From: an uncultured virus (IMG/VR IMGVR_UViG_2911005044_000001)
Lineage: Duplodnaviria > Heunggongvirae > Uroviricota > Caudoviricetes
DNA length: 64,000 nucleotides
Direction: 5' to 3' (one strand)
Virus record (IMG/VR): IMGVR_UViG_2911005044_000001
The notes beneath the pieces were generated by a model that was not told where the DNA came from, did no database searches, and saw only the letters and a program-made list of their open reading frames with translations. Shown piece by piece: positions 49,066 to 58,727 of the stretch; the stretch's first letter is position 1; the number at the start of each line of letters is the position of its first letter. A program made the translations under genes and the position numbers.

Positions 49066-49347
49066 ATGACAAAAATTCAATTTACACTTTACAAGAATTT
49101 ATACGATTTAAAAAATAATGGACCAAGTTTTTACCATCAGTTCGATGTTGAAACTCTTCCTGAAGTAGATGGTTTCTTTAATTATAACAAAAGCATTTTT
49201 GAACTTATGGATGAGGAGGCTAAAGATACTTTCGAAAACTTTTATGGTTTAGAATTAGGTAGATATTATATCTACAGCTCTAAAGACTATACTGAAAAAA
49301 ACAGTCCAATATCTTATATTTATTTTGCCGTCTTTGATGGAAAGTAG
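49066..49347 (+). CDS. Small hypothetical cargo protein
   Basis: 93-aa ORF, opposite strand, AT-rich. Confidence 0.5.
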   Translation: MTKIQFTLYKNLYDLKNNGPSFYHQFDVETLPEVDGFFNYNKSIFELMDEEAKDTFENFYGLELGRYYIYSSKDYTEKNSPISYIYFAVFDGK

Positions 49348-49455
49348 GATTTACCCAACCTTCCTTTTAGACTAAATAATAAAAAGTTTGTTTCATACCG
49401 CGACGTTTGTAAGAATTTAAAAGGTCATCAAGGTCTATTGATCTCGTTTTTATAT

Positions 49456-51147
49456 TTACTTGTTTTGATTTAATTCATAACTTCTTTTAATAGGTAATCG
49501 CCAGAATGCAGGAAATGGTTGTGCCCTGAAGTGTCGACTTGCTAGATGCGGTAGGAAATTGAAACCTGTTTTATAAACCTCAAAAGTCACTTCTTTTATA
49601 AATAAATCGATTTCTTCTATAATTTCTTTTTCGTAATCCTTCATATTTTCATAGAGCGTTATGGAGTGCTTTAGCTTTCCTTTTTGTGCGCTATAATTTG
49701 TTCTACAGAAACATTCCTCTGTGTCCTCTGTTGCAAACCATAGCTGAAGGTTGACTTTAGGAAAAGTGTCGTTTATCAGAGTTCTTACGTCTTGATAAAG
49801 TTGATCGTCATTTATCAAAAGTGCGTATTCCGCTATAATTGGCAGTATCATTGTAGAGTCCACTTCTGACAAATCATCCCCATTATGAATATCTACAAGT
49901 TTATCAAAATTTGTTCTGAATAATGGGAAAAACTTATGCGTTTTGTAGCTATTATAAAAGCCAACAGTAACGTTGTTCATCCACTTTAGAGCCCATTTTG
50001 AATTTCCTGTTTGACACAACAATTGAAGTGCTAGTGAAATTTCGATAGAGTGTTCGTCATACTCTGGGTAATTTAAAGGCGGATTATTAAAAATAAAAGA
50101 GACCAAAGCATTCGAAATATTTATAGCGCTTTTAGAATAGATATCAACATTTTCTTTATTATTGAGTTGAGCATAAAAATTCCACTCTTGGATTTCGCCT
50201 AATCCAATTATGGAAATCAATCCTAATTCTTCCCAAGTATTTAAACTGTATTCTATACGATTTCTTCCATACCTATAAAGACTATGCTGTGTCTGGTAGT
50301 GATTAACTGTCTTATTGAAATAGAGAACTCCTATCTTTCTTTTTAATTGAAATAAAGTATAAAACTCAGCCTTTACATAGTTCTTTTCGGTATGCTTATG
50401 TTTAGATATCCAATCCCAGGTTAACAGTAAAGATCTTTCACTGGCTATAAGGGCTGGTCTTAAGTTGTTGATGTCTTCTGACCACTTAAAGATAATGCCT
50501 GTGCACAATCTAACTAGTCGTAATCTCTTCAAGATTTTCTGTTTCTGCTTTTCAGGTTTGTTTAAAATCTCCTCAATCAGCTGATAGAAATGAGTGTAAT
50601 TATAATCCGGTAAATCAAGGAAAGCAAGTGTTTTTCTCAAATAAGATTGATATTCAGCAGGGAATAGTTTTTCATTACTAAGATATTTATCTAGTTTACC
50701 AGCTAACTCTCCTGTTCCCCAGAATTCATAGCTTCTCTTCTTTTTAGTGTGCTCATCTACATAATTTTTCCAATTGATTAGTACGCTTTGCATTATCTCT
50801 CCGTTGGTCGCTACTATGATTTTTATGGGTAGTTTTTTATACCTTTTATCCAGCATTGTGCGTATGTAAACATCTATTACTTCATTTAGACTTTGTCTTA
50901 CAGAATTTACACCACTATCCCAGTTAGAGCGTGTTAGATTTTTTTGTTTTACAACAAACAAAAACATTTTTTTCTTACCATCATCGGGATCAATACCAAC
51001 AGCTGCGATATCTACACCGTGTTGTCTACCTCTCTGAGGTATAGATATAGGTGTTATTTTCATTCCTACAAGTAGATCTGTGATTAAGGTATCCAACTCG
51101 CCATCTTCTTTAAGAAGTGTAATGTATTCACTTAGTATAAATCTCAT
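49456..51147 (-). CDS. Protein with N-terminal Mrr-like PD-(D/E)xK nuclease domain (Olokun OloB-like defence effector)
   Basis: ELD.LI.DLL..M..QHGVDIAAVG...LFVVKQ..IIVATNG. Confidence 0.6.
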   Translation of the reverse strand: MRFILSEYITLLKEDGELDTLITDLLVGMKITPISIPQRGRQHGVDIAAVGIDPDDGKKKMFLFVVKQKNLTRSNWDSGVNSVRQSLNEVIDVYIRTMLDKRYKKLPIKIIVATNGEIMQSVLINWKNYVDEHTKKKRSYEFWGTGELAGKLDKYLSNEKLFPAEYQSYLRKTLAFLDLPDYNYTHFYQLIEEILNKPEKQKQKILKRLRLVRLCTGIIFKWSEDINNLRPALIASERSLLLTWDWISKHKHTEKNYVKAEFYTLFQLKRKIGVLYFNKTVNHYQTQHSLYRYGRNRIEYSLNTWEELGLISIIGLGEIQEWNFYAQLNNKENVDIYSKSAINISNALVSFIFNNPPLNYPEYDEHSIEISLALQLLCQTGNSKWALKWMNNVTVGFYNSYKTHKFFPLFRTNFDKLVDIHNGDDLSEVDSTMILPIIAEYALLINDDQLYQDVRTLINDTFPKVNLQLWFATEDTEECFCRTNYSAQKGKLKHSITLYENMKDYEKEIIEEIDLFIKEVTFEVYKTGFNFLPHLASRHFRAQPFPAFWRLPIKRSYELNQNK

Positions 51148-52727
51148 CTTCTTCTTATAAAATTTTGTCCTTCTAATCGCAAAATACTTTGCGCAACAGG
51201 GTCAATGTATTCTCCACGAGGCAATTCTTCACTAACAGAGAATAATTTCGGTTCCATCTCTTGACTATACTGACCATTGAATTTTCCGAATGCTTTTTTA
51301 CCAGTTCTAAACTGAAGAGTAGTAACCATACTTAAAAATGAATTGTCGGTTTTGTCACTCTCATCGCGCATTTTATTCATTTTTTTATTCTGAATTTTAT
51401 CCATATACCTAAGTCGCTCTGTAGATGGCTGAAATTCTTTAAGAATATCTAAGTCAGAATATGCTTTGTAATAGCGTTCACCTTCAGAAATAATATCTGA
51501 AATAATCTTTTTAAGTTTTCTGTCGGCACTTTTGTTTTGGTCTTTTAGATAATCAATAGTAGAGTAGTAATTAAAAATCAGATAGTCTACAAATAATCTG
51601 CCTACAAGTTGAGTGATATCTTTATTTTGATATCTATACTTGAGTATAGAGAATAGCATAACTCTAGACACTTTTCTATCATAAACATACCCCACAATTT
51701 TTTGAGTTATATATTCAATATCATTAACATTATATGTTGCTAATAATGATGGTGATAGTTCAAAAGTTGAATTACTAGCGAAGCTCATTTCTCGTATCAC
51801 ATTGAACATCGCTAGTTGATATTTGTGATTATCTTCGTTTAACCATTCCGTGATTAGGATTTGAAATTCTACTGGGTGTTGATCATATATTTTACTGAAG
51901 ACAGATTCAAATACTTTTATCTTATTATAGTGGTCATCTTGAACAATCCATTGATTTATGTAGTTTTTGACAATAACTAAGTTTTTGTCAACTAAATTAC
52001 TGAGCATATAGCCGAACATACTATGATAGCCTAATTGGGAAGCATCAAATGTTACCAAAGAGTCTAAAATCGTTAAATAAAATTCTTGCTCAGTATTAAT
52101 ATCTACGCTGTAGTGAATGATATCAATCAGATAACTTTTTATCTCCTTTTCCTCTCGTTTTGTAACTATTAGAACATCACTATTGAGTTTCAAAAAGTGC
52201 TTCCTATGTACTCTATAAACGAAGAGAATAGCTGTTAATATTTCAATAGATCTACCTTCATTGATATACTTTGAAAAAGTATCAATTAGATATTCTTTTA
52301 AGTCTTCAAAACCAGATTTGTCTAATTCAAATCGAGCAACAGAAGAAATAGCTTGCACAATATTTATTTGTTCATCGCTTGCGATTAAGTCTTTTACTAT
52401 TAAAATTGCTGAGTCTTTATCAGAAACAGATAATCCCGCAACAATATCACTGAGTAATTCGAGATTTTTTCCAGACTTAACAATAATGTTGTAAAAGTCA
52501 TTTCCAAAAGATTTATTAGTGGAGGATACTCTTTCTATCCCTTTTTGAAATAAGTGCTTACTTTGATTTTCTTTTTGTAATCTAGCAGTCAATCTAGGTA
52601 ATAAATCCAACAATTCAGTAATTGTAAATATTTCTATATTATTACAAAAATCATTATAACTTGACCAAAACCTTTCTATTGGCTCTTCATTATTGATGTT
52701 GTTTAAAAATTGTTTTACTTCCTTCAT
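51144..52727 (-). CDS. All-helical HEAT/adaptin-like protein coupled to the nuclease (Olokun OloA-like)
   Basis: Helical repeat pattern; C-terminal ELPRGEYIDP; 4-bp overlap with nuclease gene. Confidence 0.45.
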   Translation of the reverse strand: MKEVKQFLNNINNEEPIERFWSSYNDFCNNIEIFTITELLDLLPRLTARLQKENQSKHLFQKGIERVSSTNKSFGNDFYNIIVKSGKNLELLSDIVAGLSVSDKDSAILIVKDLIASDEQINIVQAISSVARFELDKSGFEDLKEYLIDTFSKYINEGRSIEILTAILFVYRVHRKHFLKLNSDVLIVTKREEKEIKSYLIDIIHYSVDINTEQEFYLTILDSLVTFDASQLGYHSMFGYMLSNLVDKNLVIVKNYINQWIVQDDHYNKIKVFESVFSKIYDQHPVEFQILITEWLNEDNHKYQLAMFNVIREMSFASNSTFELSPSLLATYNVNDIEYITQKIVGYVYDRKVSRVMLFSILKYRYQNKDITQLVGRLFVDYLIFNYYSTIDYLKDQNKSADRKLKKIISDIISEGERYYKAYSDLDILKEFQPSTERLRYMDKIQNKKMNKMRDESDKTDNSFLSMVTTLQFRTGKKAFGKFNGQYSQEMEPKLFSVSEELPRGEYIDPVAQSILRLEGQNFIRRR

Positions 52728-52883
52728 TTACAATCAACTATTTGATTGCAAAGAAACTTTTTAAATCGAGAATAAAAGAATTAAGCGCAATAAGTTATTT
52801 AGGAAATATTAAGAATTAAAAATATTTGTTGAAGAAGTACTTAGTTTTGTAAATCAATTTAATTAGATGAAGGTTGATGTCCA

Positions 52884-53834
52884 TCATCCAATCCGCCTTT
52901 TAAACTCAACAATAAAAGCCTGCTTCATTCCGCTACTTTTATAAGAATTTAAAAAACCTTCAAGATTGATTTCCGTCTTAATGTGTTCTGCTTTTTCCTT
53001 CGTCATAGCTATGAAGTAGCTGTGTAGAGAATCCTTTAGGGTTTTACCGTTGGGCATCTTTCGATAGGTCTTGCCAAACTCATCTTTCATTCCAGTTTCT
53101 CGCTTCATTTCAAGCTCGTAGGCACGTTCAAAGTTGAGCATTGTACGAAGTGTCATAATGTCTTCAGTATCGTCATCGCCAGCTTCTTTTCCTTCATATT
53201 TCAAAATAGATTTACGAATAGTCAAACAGATATCCACTACAGCTGGATAAACGAGTTGGCGCTCCAAGGTTTCATTAAAACCTATACGGTAAATACAACC
53301 ACTAAAACGATCCAATAAGGACGCATCTTGCTTATTGTTTCCAACATAGTTTCCGCTTGCACCTTTACCAATAACGTTACCAGTAGCAATACAACCAAAG
53401 TTTCTATGTTTTTTGATTGGCTCATTATTTCCATTAAAAATGATAGCATCTTCACGAGCGCTTTTTGCTAACGCATCGTTTAATAATCCTGCGGTATTGG
53501 CATCCAGCTTTGGCATTTCGTCCAGGATTAAAACCTTGCCATCACGCCAAGCTTCAATAAGCGCACCTTCTTTGTAACCAGAAATAGTCTGTCCACCTTT
53601 AATGTCAATAGGCGATGTCCATTGATTGCAGTTCACAATAGTAAATGGCAATTCTTGCCCATCGTTTTCTGCGCGACCTTTTATAGCGTAAGCGACCTTT
53701 TCTCCAATGGTTGTTTTTCCTGTTCCGGCGCTTCCTACCAAATACGGATTATTTCCAACGCTTAAATCATCCATAATTTTCATAAACTGCGGAATCTGCT
53801 GTACTTCTGGTATGTCTAATTTTCTGTTGTTCAT
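52884..53834 (-). CDS. MoxR/CobS-like AAA+ ATPase (AAA_5)
   Basis: GSAGTGKT, LILDEMP, CIATGN, DASLLDRF, TLR. Confidence 0.85.
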   Translation of the reverse strand: MNNRKLDIPEVQQIPQFMKIMDDLSVGNNPYLVGSAGTGKTTIGEKVAYAIKGRAENDGQELPFTIVNCNQWTSPIDIKGGQTISGYKEGALIEAWRDGKVLILDEMPKLDANTAGLLNDALAKSAREDAIIFNGNNEPIKKHRNFGCIATGNVIGKGASGNYVGNNKQDASLLDRFSGCIYRIGFNETLERQLVYPAVVDICLTIRKSILKYEGKEAGDDDTEDIMTLRTMLNFERAYELEMKRETGMKDEFGKTYRKMPNGKTLKDSLHSYFIAMTKEKAEHIKTEINLEGFLNSYKSSGMKQAFIVEFKRRIG

Positions 53835-53836
53835 TC

Positions 53837-54049
53837 TTAATTTCTTTTTGCTTTTTTGAATAGCTTGTCAGCAGCTTCGTTAGCTTCTTTTTTGGTTGAG
53901 TAAATACTATCGATTACATCTGCATCCATACCACGCCTAAATTTATTTTTGAGTTCTTGCATAGTTGTAGGTTGACCATCAAATATGGATTTTCGAGTTC
54001 GATAGAATGGCGTGTACACGATGTACATTTTATTGGGATTGACTTTCAT
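53837..54049 (-). CDS. Small hypothetical protein
   Basis: 70-aa ORF abutting both neighbours. Confidence 0.55.
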   Translation of the reverse strand: MKVNPNKMYIVYTPFYRTRKSIFDGQPTTMQELKNKFRRGMDADVIDSIYSTKKEANEAADKLFKKAKRN

Positions 54050-57000
54050 CTATTTCAAAGCAATTTGTAGTTGGTTAATTAGTTCATCGATAGATGCTAT
54101 TTGAGCAATCGTATCCTCATAAAAGACACGTCCTAAATCTAGAGCAGTGTACTTTCCAAATACAAATTCTGCATTACCATCTTCGTGTAGGTTATTCAAA
54201 ATAAAATAACCCATTGCCTCAATCGCTTCGTGTAATGGCAAGTCTCTTACTTCTTCAATAATGGCATTAAAATCATCTTTAATTTCTGTCTGGAGGATAG
54301 TCGTTTTCCAATCTTGGTAAGGTTCTTCAACGTTCTTAAAAATGGGAATCAGCGAGTAATTGTATTTCTCCTTGTCAGTAAGTGGGCGATTGTAAATCAC
54401 AAGACCAAATTCGTAATCTGCAGTTGGTTCTTCATAGCTTACAAAACCAATGGTGGGATTACTTCCTTGGCCATAAGCACGTCCTAATTGATACTTAAAA
54501 TTTCCTTTTTTCTGTTTGGTCTGTGCTTTCCAATCGGTTTCATTTTCAATTTCCCAATCTTCGAGTTCACGAGCTTTGCCCATATACTGCACTTGAAAAG
54601 CATCCAATCGATTTAGAAACGGTTGCAGGTTTTCCAAATGCAATGCGCCAGTCATATCGCCAGCATTTTGTACAAAGTCTGGCAATTCATCTTGTGATTG
54701 ACCAGATTCTCGTCTTAATAACGAACGTAGTTTTTCGTCAATTACCGCTGGGTATAAATCCTTTTTGTCTAAATAGACTTGATAATAATTATCACTTATT
54801 CGCTTTGCTCGAAAACTTAACTTGTGATCTGCAAAGAAGTCATCTAAATCCAATTTGCTAATTATTGGATACGCTTCAGAAACTGGAAGCAATGCCGAAT
54901 CTGCCTCGCCTTCTTTGCCAAAGTCTCTATGCAATAGGATTCCATTTTTGATGGTACCTTCTTTGGTATTGTACTTAATCAGTTTGTTTTGAGTACCAAT
55001 CTGACCTGAAGCACCTACGATATTCTCTGTCAAAATGTGACGACGTTCGCGTTTTGAAGAAGCCTTTTTAATCAGCTCGTTCCATTCCAAATTAACCATT
55101 TGTATGTCGACATCGGTAATGCCACGACTCTCTGTAAATACCTGGCTAATGAAACTCTGCTCGGCAGGCTGTAAACTGTATGTTAAAATCTTACGGGAAT
55201 CTGTAACACCAAATTTTAAACTGATATTACTCAACGTATATGGGTTCTTACCAGATTTCCCGACGCTCACACCCAAGAAGATTCCCCAAGATGGTTTTAT
55301 GGTCGTACCAATAAACGGAACACGAATCACATCGCCAATATTCCACATATTGGTATAGCGTAAAATGATGCTTTGAATGTTTTCTAATCCAGCGATATAA
55401 GTAGCGAGCTGTGAAGTCTTTTGATTGATAAGCGCTTCCAACTTGTTCCAGTCCGATAGAATCTTTTCGTTCTCTTCTTCGGTTTCTCCGCTGCCTCTTT
55501 GTGGTAATACTTCCCGATCTTCTTTTAATTTTTCTATGACCTTAAAACGTTTTGCTTTTCGGTCTTCTAAAAGTTTAGGATAAGCTTCATTGATTTGATC
55601 TTCTAATTTCAAACGCACTTGAACTGGTTTTTCTCCATCAAGCGCATCTTGAATGCGCTGATCAATATCTTGTTTGGTAAATGGTCGTTTTAGGTTATTT
55701 ACTATAGTAATATCCCGTACCGTATCTTTACCAAATGGTGTGCGACCACCTTGACCTTTTTGAAACAGGAAACGCTTTTTTACTTCGGCATCGAGTGGTA
55801 AAAATTCAGTTTCCAGATCATACGTGCCTTGCTGTTTTTCTAATTTGATTTGATGGTCGTATCGTTCTAATAAATCATCGTACAACGCGTCTTGATCTTC
55901 CACTTTAAGTAATCCAGCTCTTCCAGTTAATTGACGGATAGCACCTTCTTTAAAACCATTACGTTCATAAGAAATGAAGCCTCGTTTATCGGTTTTCTTT
56001 TGATATGTTGGATAACCCAATTGTTCCATCATCTCTTGGTTTTCATCTACCCAATTCCACGCTGCGATGTCACCATATTTGTTTAGGAAGTCGGCACTTT
56101 TTAAAGTATCATCATTTGTCTTTTGCGAGCCTGTGGTATTAGCATCCAGCGATTTTAATTTTGCTTTAAGCATCGTCATTAAACGCTTTTCGGTCGGAAT
56201 GTCACTTGTGATGTAATAATACTCTGGCAAGTTCACTTGACCAGTACGATTGATGCGTCCCCTTTTCTGAACTTCAGTATTTATATCCAGCTCGAACTGA
56301 TGTACGATCATCGCTCGCTGGCGTTGGTCTTTAAAATCTTTACTCGCGTGCGCAGAAGATCCTGTACTACCACTTTGATTAATAAGCAGCACATCATAAT
56401 CGCCACTATTAAACATTCTAAAAGAGCGTTCTGTATTGCTACGAAAAGATTCTACAACCGCTTCATCATCAGTTAAATCAATACGTTGATTACGACCTGT
56501 TACTTCGGCTACTTTGAAATACATATCAGAATGACCGCCTAAATGTTTGGGCTTCTTTTCAGTCTGCAGTAAATGAATCAACTCGTCAATGGGCGAAATA
56601 GATAGTCCAGAGCTTTCTAATAACATTCGTTTTTTGATGTCGTTGTATTTCTCAATCCCATTCTGAGGCAATTCCTCTAACTGAATACGTTCTCTGGTTT
56701 TTTCGCCATCAATCGCCACATAATTGTAGTTAAATATTCCATCGAGTCCTTTGACTAAAGTTCTAACAAAGTCCATTTGTTCATTTGGAATCACATCGCC
56801 ACTTACCAAATTCAAATCTTTCAAGAATGCACCCATTGTGGACTTAAATGCAATGACTACTTTCTTGTCTTCCTTCAGTAATTTGATGGTGTGCGCTACC
56901 ACATCTTTGACTTTCAATGCAAATAGCATTTGGTCAATGATGTTGAACACACGAGAAAAGTATGGCGATTGTTTTACGCCAAGTCCTCTCGGTTTAGAAG

Positions 57001-58309
57001 ACATATGCTCGCCTTGCGCTTTCGCGGAAGCGTGAACGTCTGCTAATAATGGCGCCACAAATTCCTGCTCAAAAGCCACTACGTCATTCATTAAACTGAT
57101 GATGCGATTGACGCTTTCTCGACTTTTACTGCGTTGTGGTTCGGCGTCCAGTGTTATGTAATCTACATTGATACCTTCGTTGGAACGCTGACGTCTAATA
57201 AGCTGACCACTTTCTGAAAGATTGGATGCCACAATTTCCTGTAATGCTAATCCGCCACTGGTCATTGAACGCACAAAATTTGAGTCGGTCAATCCTGTTT
57301 CAGCGATGGCGGTTTTCTTCGCATAGAAAGGCATCACTTCTGGATATTTGGCGAACGTAGCACTCAAAAAGCAACAAGCTTTAGTTTGCGGCAAGACTTC
57401 GCGCATCCAGGTACCGATGATGGAATCGAAACCGCCAGCCATATGCGACTCATCGAGAATGAAGATGAGCTTCTTATATTTTTTACTTCCATCGATTCCG
57501 TTATTTACCATTTTCTCAATCCACATACGTTTGTAGGGATGTGCAGATTGCACTTGAGAATAAGTAGCAAAAATCATATCATAACCCAATGGTAAATGGT
57601 CGAGCGTCAATGGAATTTTAATAGTTGGTGTTTTATCAGGATCAGGTAGTTTCTTCCCAATCTTTTTATGGTATTCAATAGACTCTGGACTCTCCGTTGG
57701 AAATTCAATTTCGTTTGAAATCAGGTCAGCTTGCGCAGAACTACTCAGCGGACTGAACACCACATTACCATCGGCATCTTTAATCTTTGCATTGGTATCT
57801 GTATTGACTATGAATGGCCTGATGTTCTCAAAACCTATCGCTTTCAGATCACGATACATATCTGTAAACAAGTCTGGTTTCTTGGTAAAAAAGACAGGAA
57901 TATAATCGTTCATAACTGCGTGTCGTATCACCGCAGCAGCCTGCCGACCTTTTCCTATTCCTGTCTGATCTGCTATAATAATGCCTTGCTCATTTTCAAA
58001 TTGATTGAGATACAAACCAACCGCATCCACTTGTTCTGCACCCAATCCACTCCAAAGTTGTTTGGTGGATTCATACTTTAATTGATTACGCACATAATTA
58101 TCAATATTCCCTTTTGTCTTCACAATGCTATTGAGCGACTTTTGAACCTCAAATGCCATATTACGCGGAATGAGCGTATTCATTCGGTATGGCGCTTTTG
58201 ACTTTGGGACGTATTCCACTAAAGCACTTTCTTGCGTGGCAAGTTTTGCGACCTCTTCGGCATCTTGCTTAAAATCTGCCTGTTCTATTTCTAATTCTTG
58301 GTTACTCAT
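54050..58309 (-). CDS. Strawberry-notch-type SF2 helicase with C-terminal DarA_C-like domain
   Basis: YVPKS, EQVDAV, IADQTGIGKGR, LDESH, LSATF, EVTGR, GSTGSSAHA, QKRGRINRTGQ; C-terminal GLVIYNRPLTDKEKYNYSLIP. Confidence 0.85.
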   Translation of the reverse strand: MSNQELEIEQADFKQDAEEVAKLATQESALVEYVPKSKAPYRMNTLIPRNMAFEVQKSLNSIVKTKGNIDNYVRNQLKYESTKQLWSGLGAEQVDAVGLYLNQFENEQGIIIADQTGIGKGRQAAAVIRHAVMNDYIPVFFTKKPDLFTDMYRDLKAIGFENIRPFIVNTDTNAKIKDADGNVVFSPLSSSAQADLISNEIEFPTESPESIEYHKKIGKKLPDPDKTPTIKIPLTLDHLPLGYDMIFATYSQVQSAHPYKRMWIEKMVNNGIDGSKKYKKLIFILDESHMAGGFDSIIGTWMREVLPQTKACCFLSATFAKYPEVMPFYAKKTAIAETGLTDSNFVRSMTSGGLALQEIVASNLSESGQLIRRQRSNEGINVDYITLDAEPQRSKSRESVNRIISLMNDVVAFEQEFVAPLLADVHASAKAQGEHMSSKPRGLGVKQSPYFSRVFNIIDQMLFALKVKDVVAHTIKLLKEDKKVVIAFKSTMGAFLKDLNLVSGDVIPNEQMDFVRTLVKGLDGIFNYNYVAIDGEKTRERIQLEELPQNGIEKYNDIKKRMLLESSGLSISPIDELIHLLQTEKKPKHLGGHSDMYFKVAEVTGRNQRIDLTDDEAVVESFRSNTERSFRMFNSGDYDVLLINQSGSTGSSAHASKDFKDQRQRAMIVHQFELDINTEVQKRGRINRTGQVNLPEYYYITSDIPTEKRLMTMLKAKLKSLDANTTGSQKTNDDTLKSADFLNKYGDIAAWNWVDENQEMMEQLGYPTYQKKTDKRGFISYERNGFKEGAIRQLTGRAGLLKVEDQDALYDDLLERYDHQIKLEKQQGTYDLETEFLPLDAEVKKRFLFQKGQGGRTPFGKDTVRDITIVNNLKRPFTKQDIDQRIQDALDGEKPVQVRLKLEDQINEAYPKLLEDRKAKRFKVIEKLKEDREVLPQRGSGETEEENEKILSDWNKLEALINQKTSQLATYIAGLENIQSIILRYTNMWNIGDVIRVPFIGTTIKPSWGIFLGVSVGKSGKNPYTLSNISLKFGVTDSRKILTYSLQPAEQSFISQVFTESRGITDVDIQMVNLEWNELIKKASSKRERRHILTENIVGASGQIGTQNKLIKYNTKEGTIKNGILLHRDFGKEGEADSALLPVSEAYPIISKLDLDDFFADHKLSFRAKRISDNYYQVYLDKKDLYPAVIDEKLRSLLRRESGQSQDELPDFVQNAGDMTGALHLENLQPFLNRLDAFQVQYMGKARELEDWEIENETDWKAQTKQKKGNFKYQLGRAYGQGSNPTIGFVSYEEPTADYEFGLVIYNRPLTDKEKYNYSLIPIFKNVEEPYQDWKTTILQTEIKDDFNAIIEEVRDLPLHEAIEAMGYFILNNLHEDGNAEFVFGKYTALDLGRVFYEDTIAQIASIDELINQLQIALK

Positions 58310-58727
58310 TCTTGTGTTGGGCTAATGCTTCTAAATAAGTTCGTAATGTGATTTCTAAATACAACTGAATGGCCTCTTCTTTATCCATACCACTTCCATA
58401 AAGCAATGAATCTTGAGGTGCGGTTTCGTCCAGTTTATCCCAACTTTCTTTGAGTGTCCAGAGTGCGAGTTGCATCTTATCTGTATTGGCAAGAAAGTCG
58501 GCTATTTCTGCTACCGATTTCCCTTCGGTGTAGACCAACTCCAGATAATCTTCAATAAGAGCAATTGGGTTTTCACCTTTCGCGAAAGCGTGTTCCACCA
58601 GTAGATGTAATTGAATGTAAAGTGCTGCTTCGTGGTCTTCATAGCGTTCAAATGATTTGGTGTTTGTGACCATAAAGAGTTTTGTACTCGTGTCGTTAGG
58701 CATTAATTGATTATTGAAATAGATCAT
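58302..58727 (-). CDS. Hypothetical helical protein
   Basis: 141-aa ORF overlapping both neighbours. Confidence 0.6.
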   Translation of the reverse strand: MIYFNNQLMPNDTSTKLFMVTNTKSFERYEDHEAALYIQLHLLVEHAFAKGENPIALIEDYLELVYTEGKSVAEIADFLANTDKMQLALWTLKESWDKLDETAPQDSLLYGSGMDKEEAIQLYLEITLRTYLEALAQHKNE

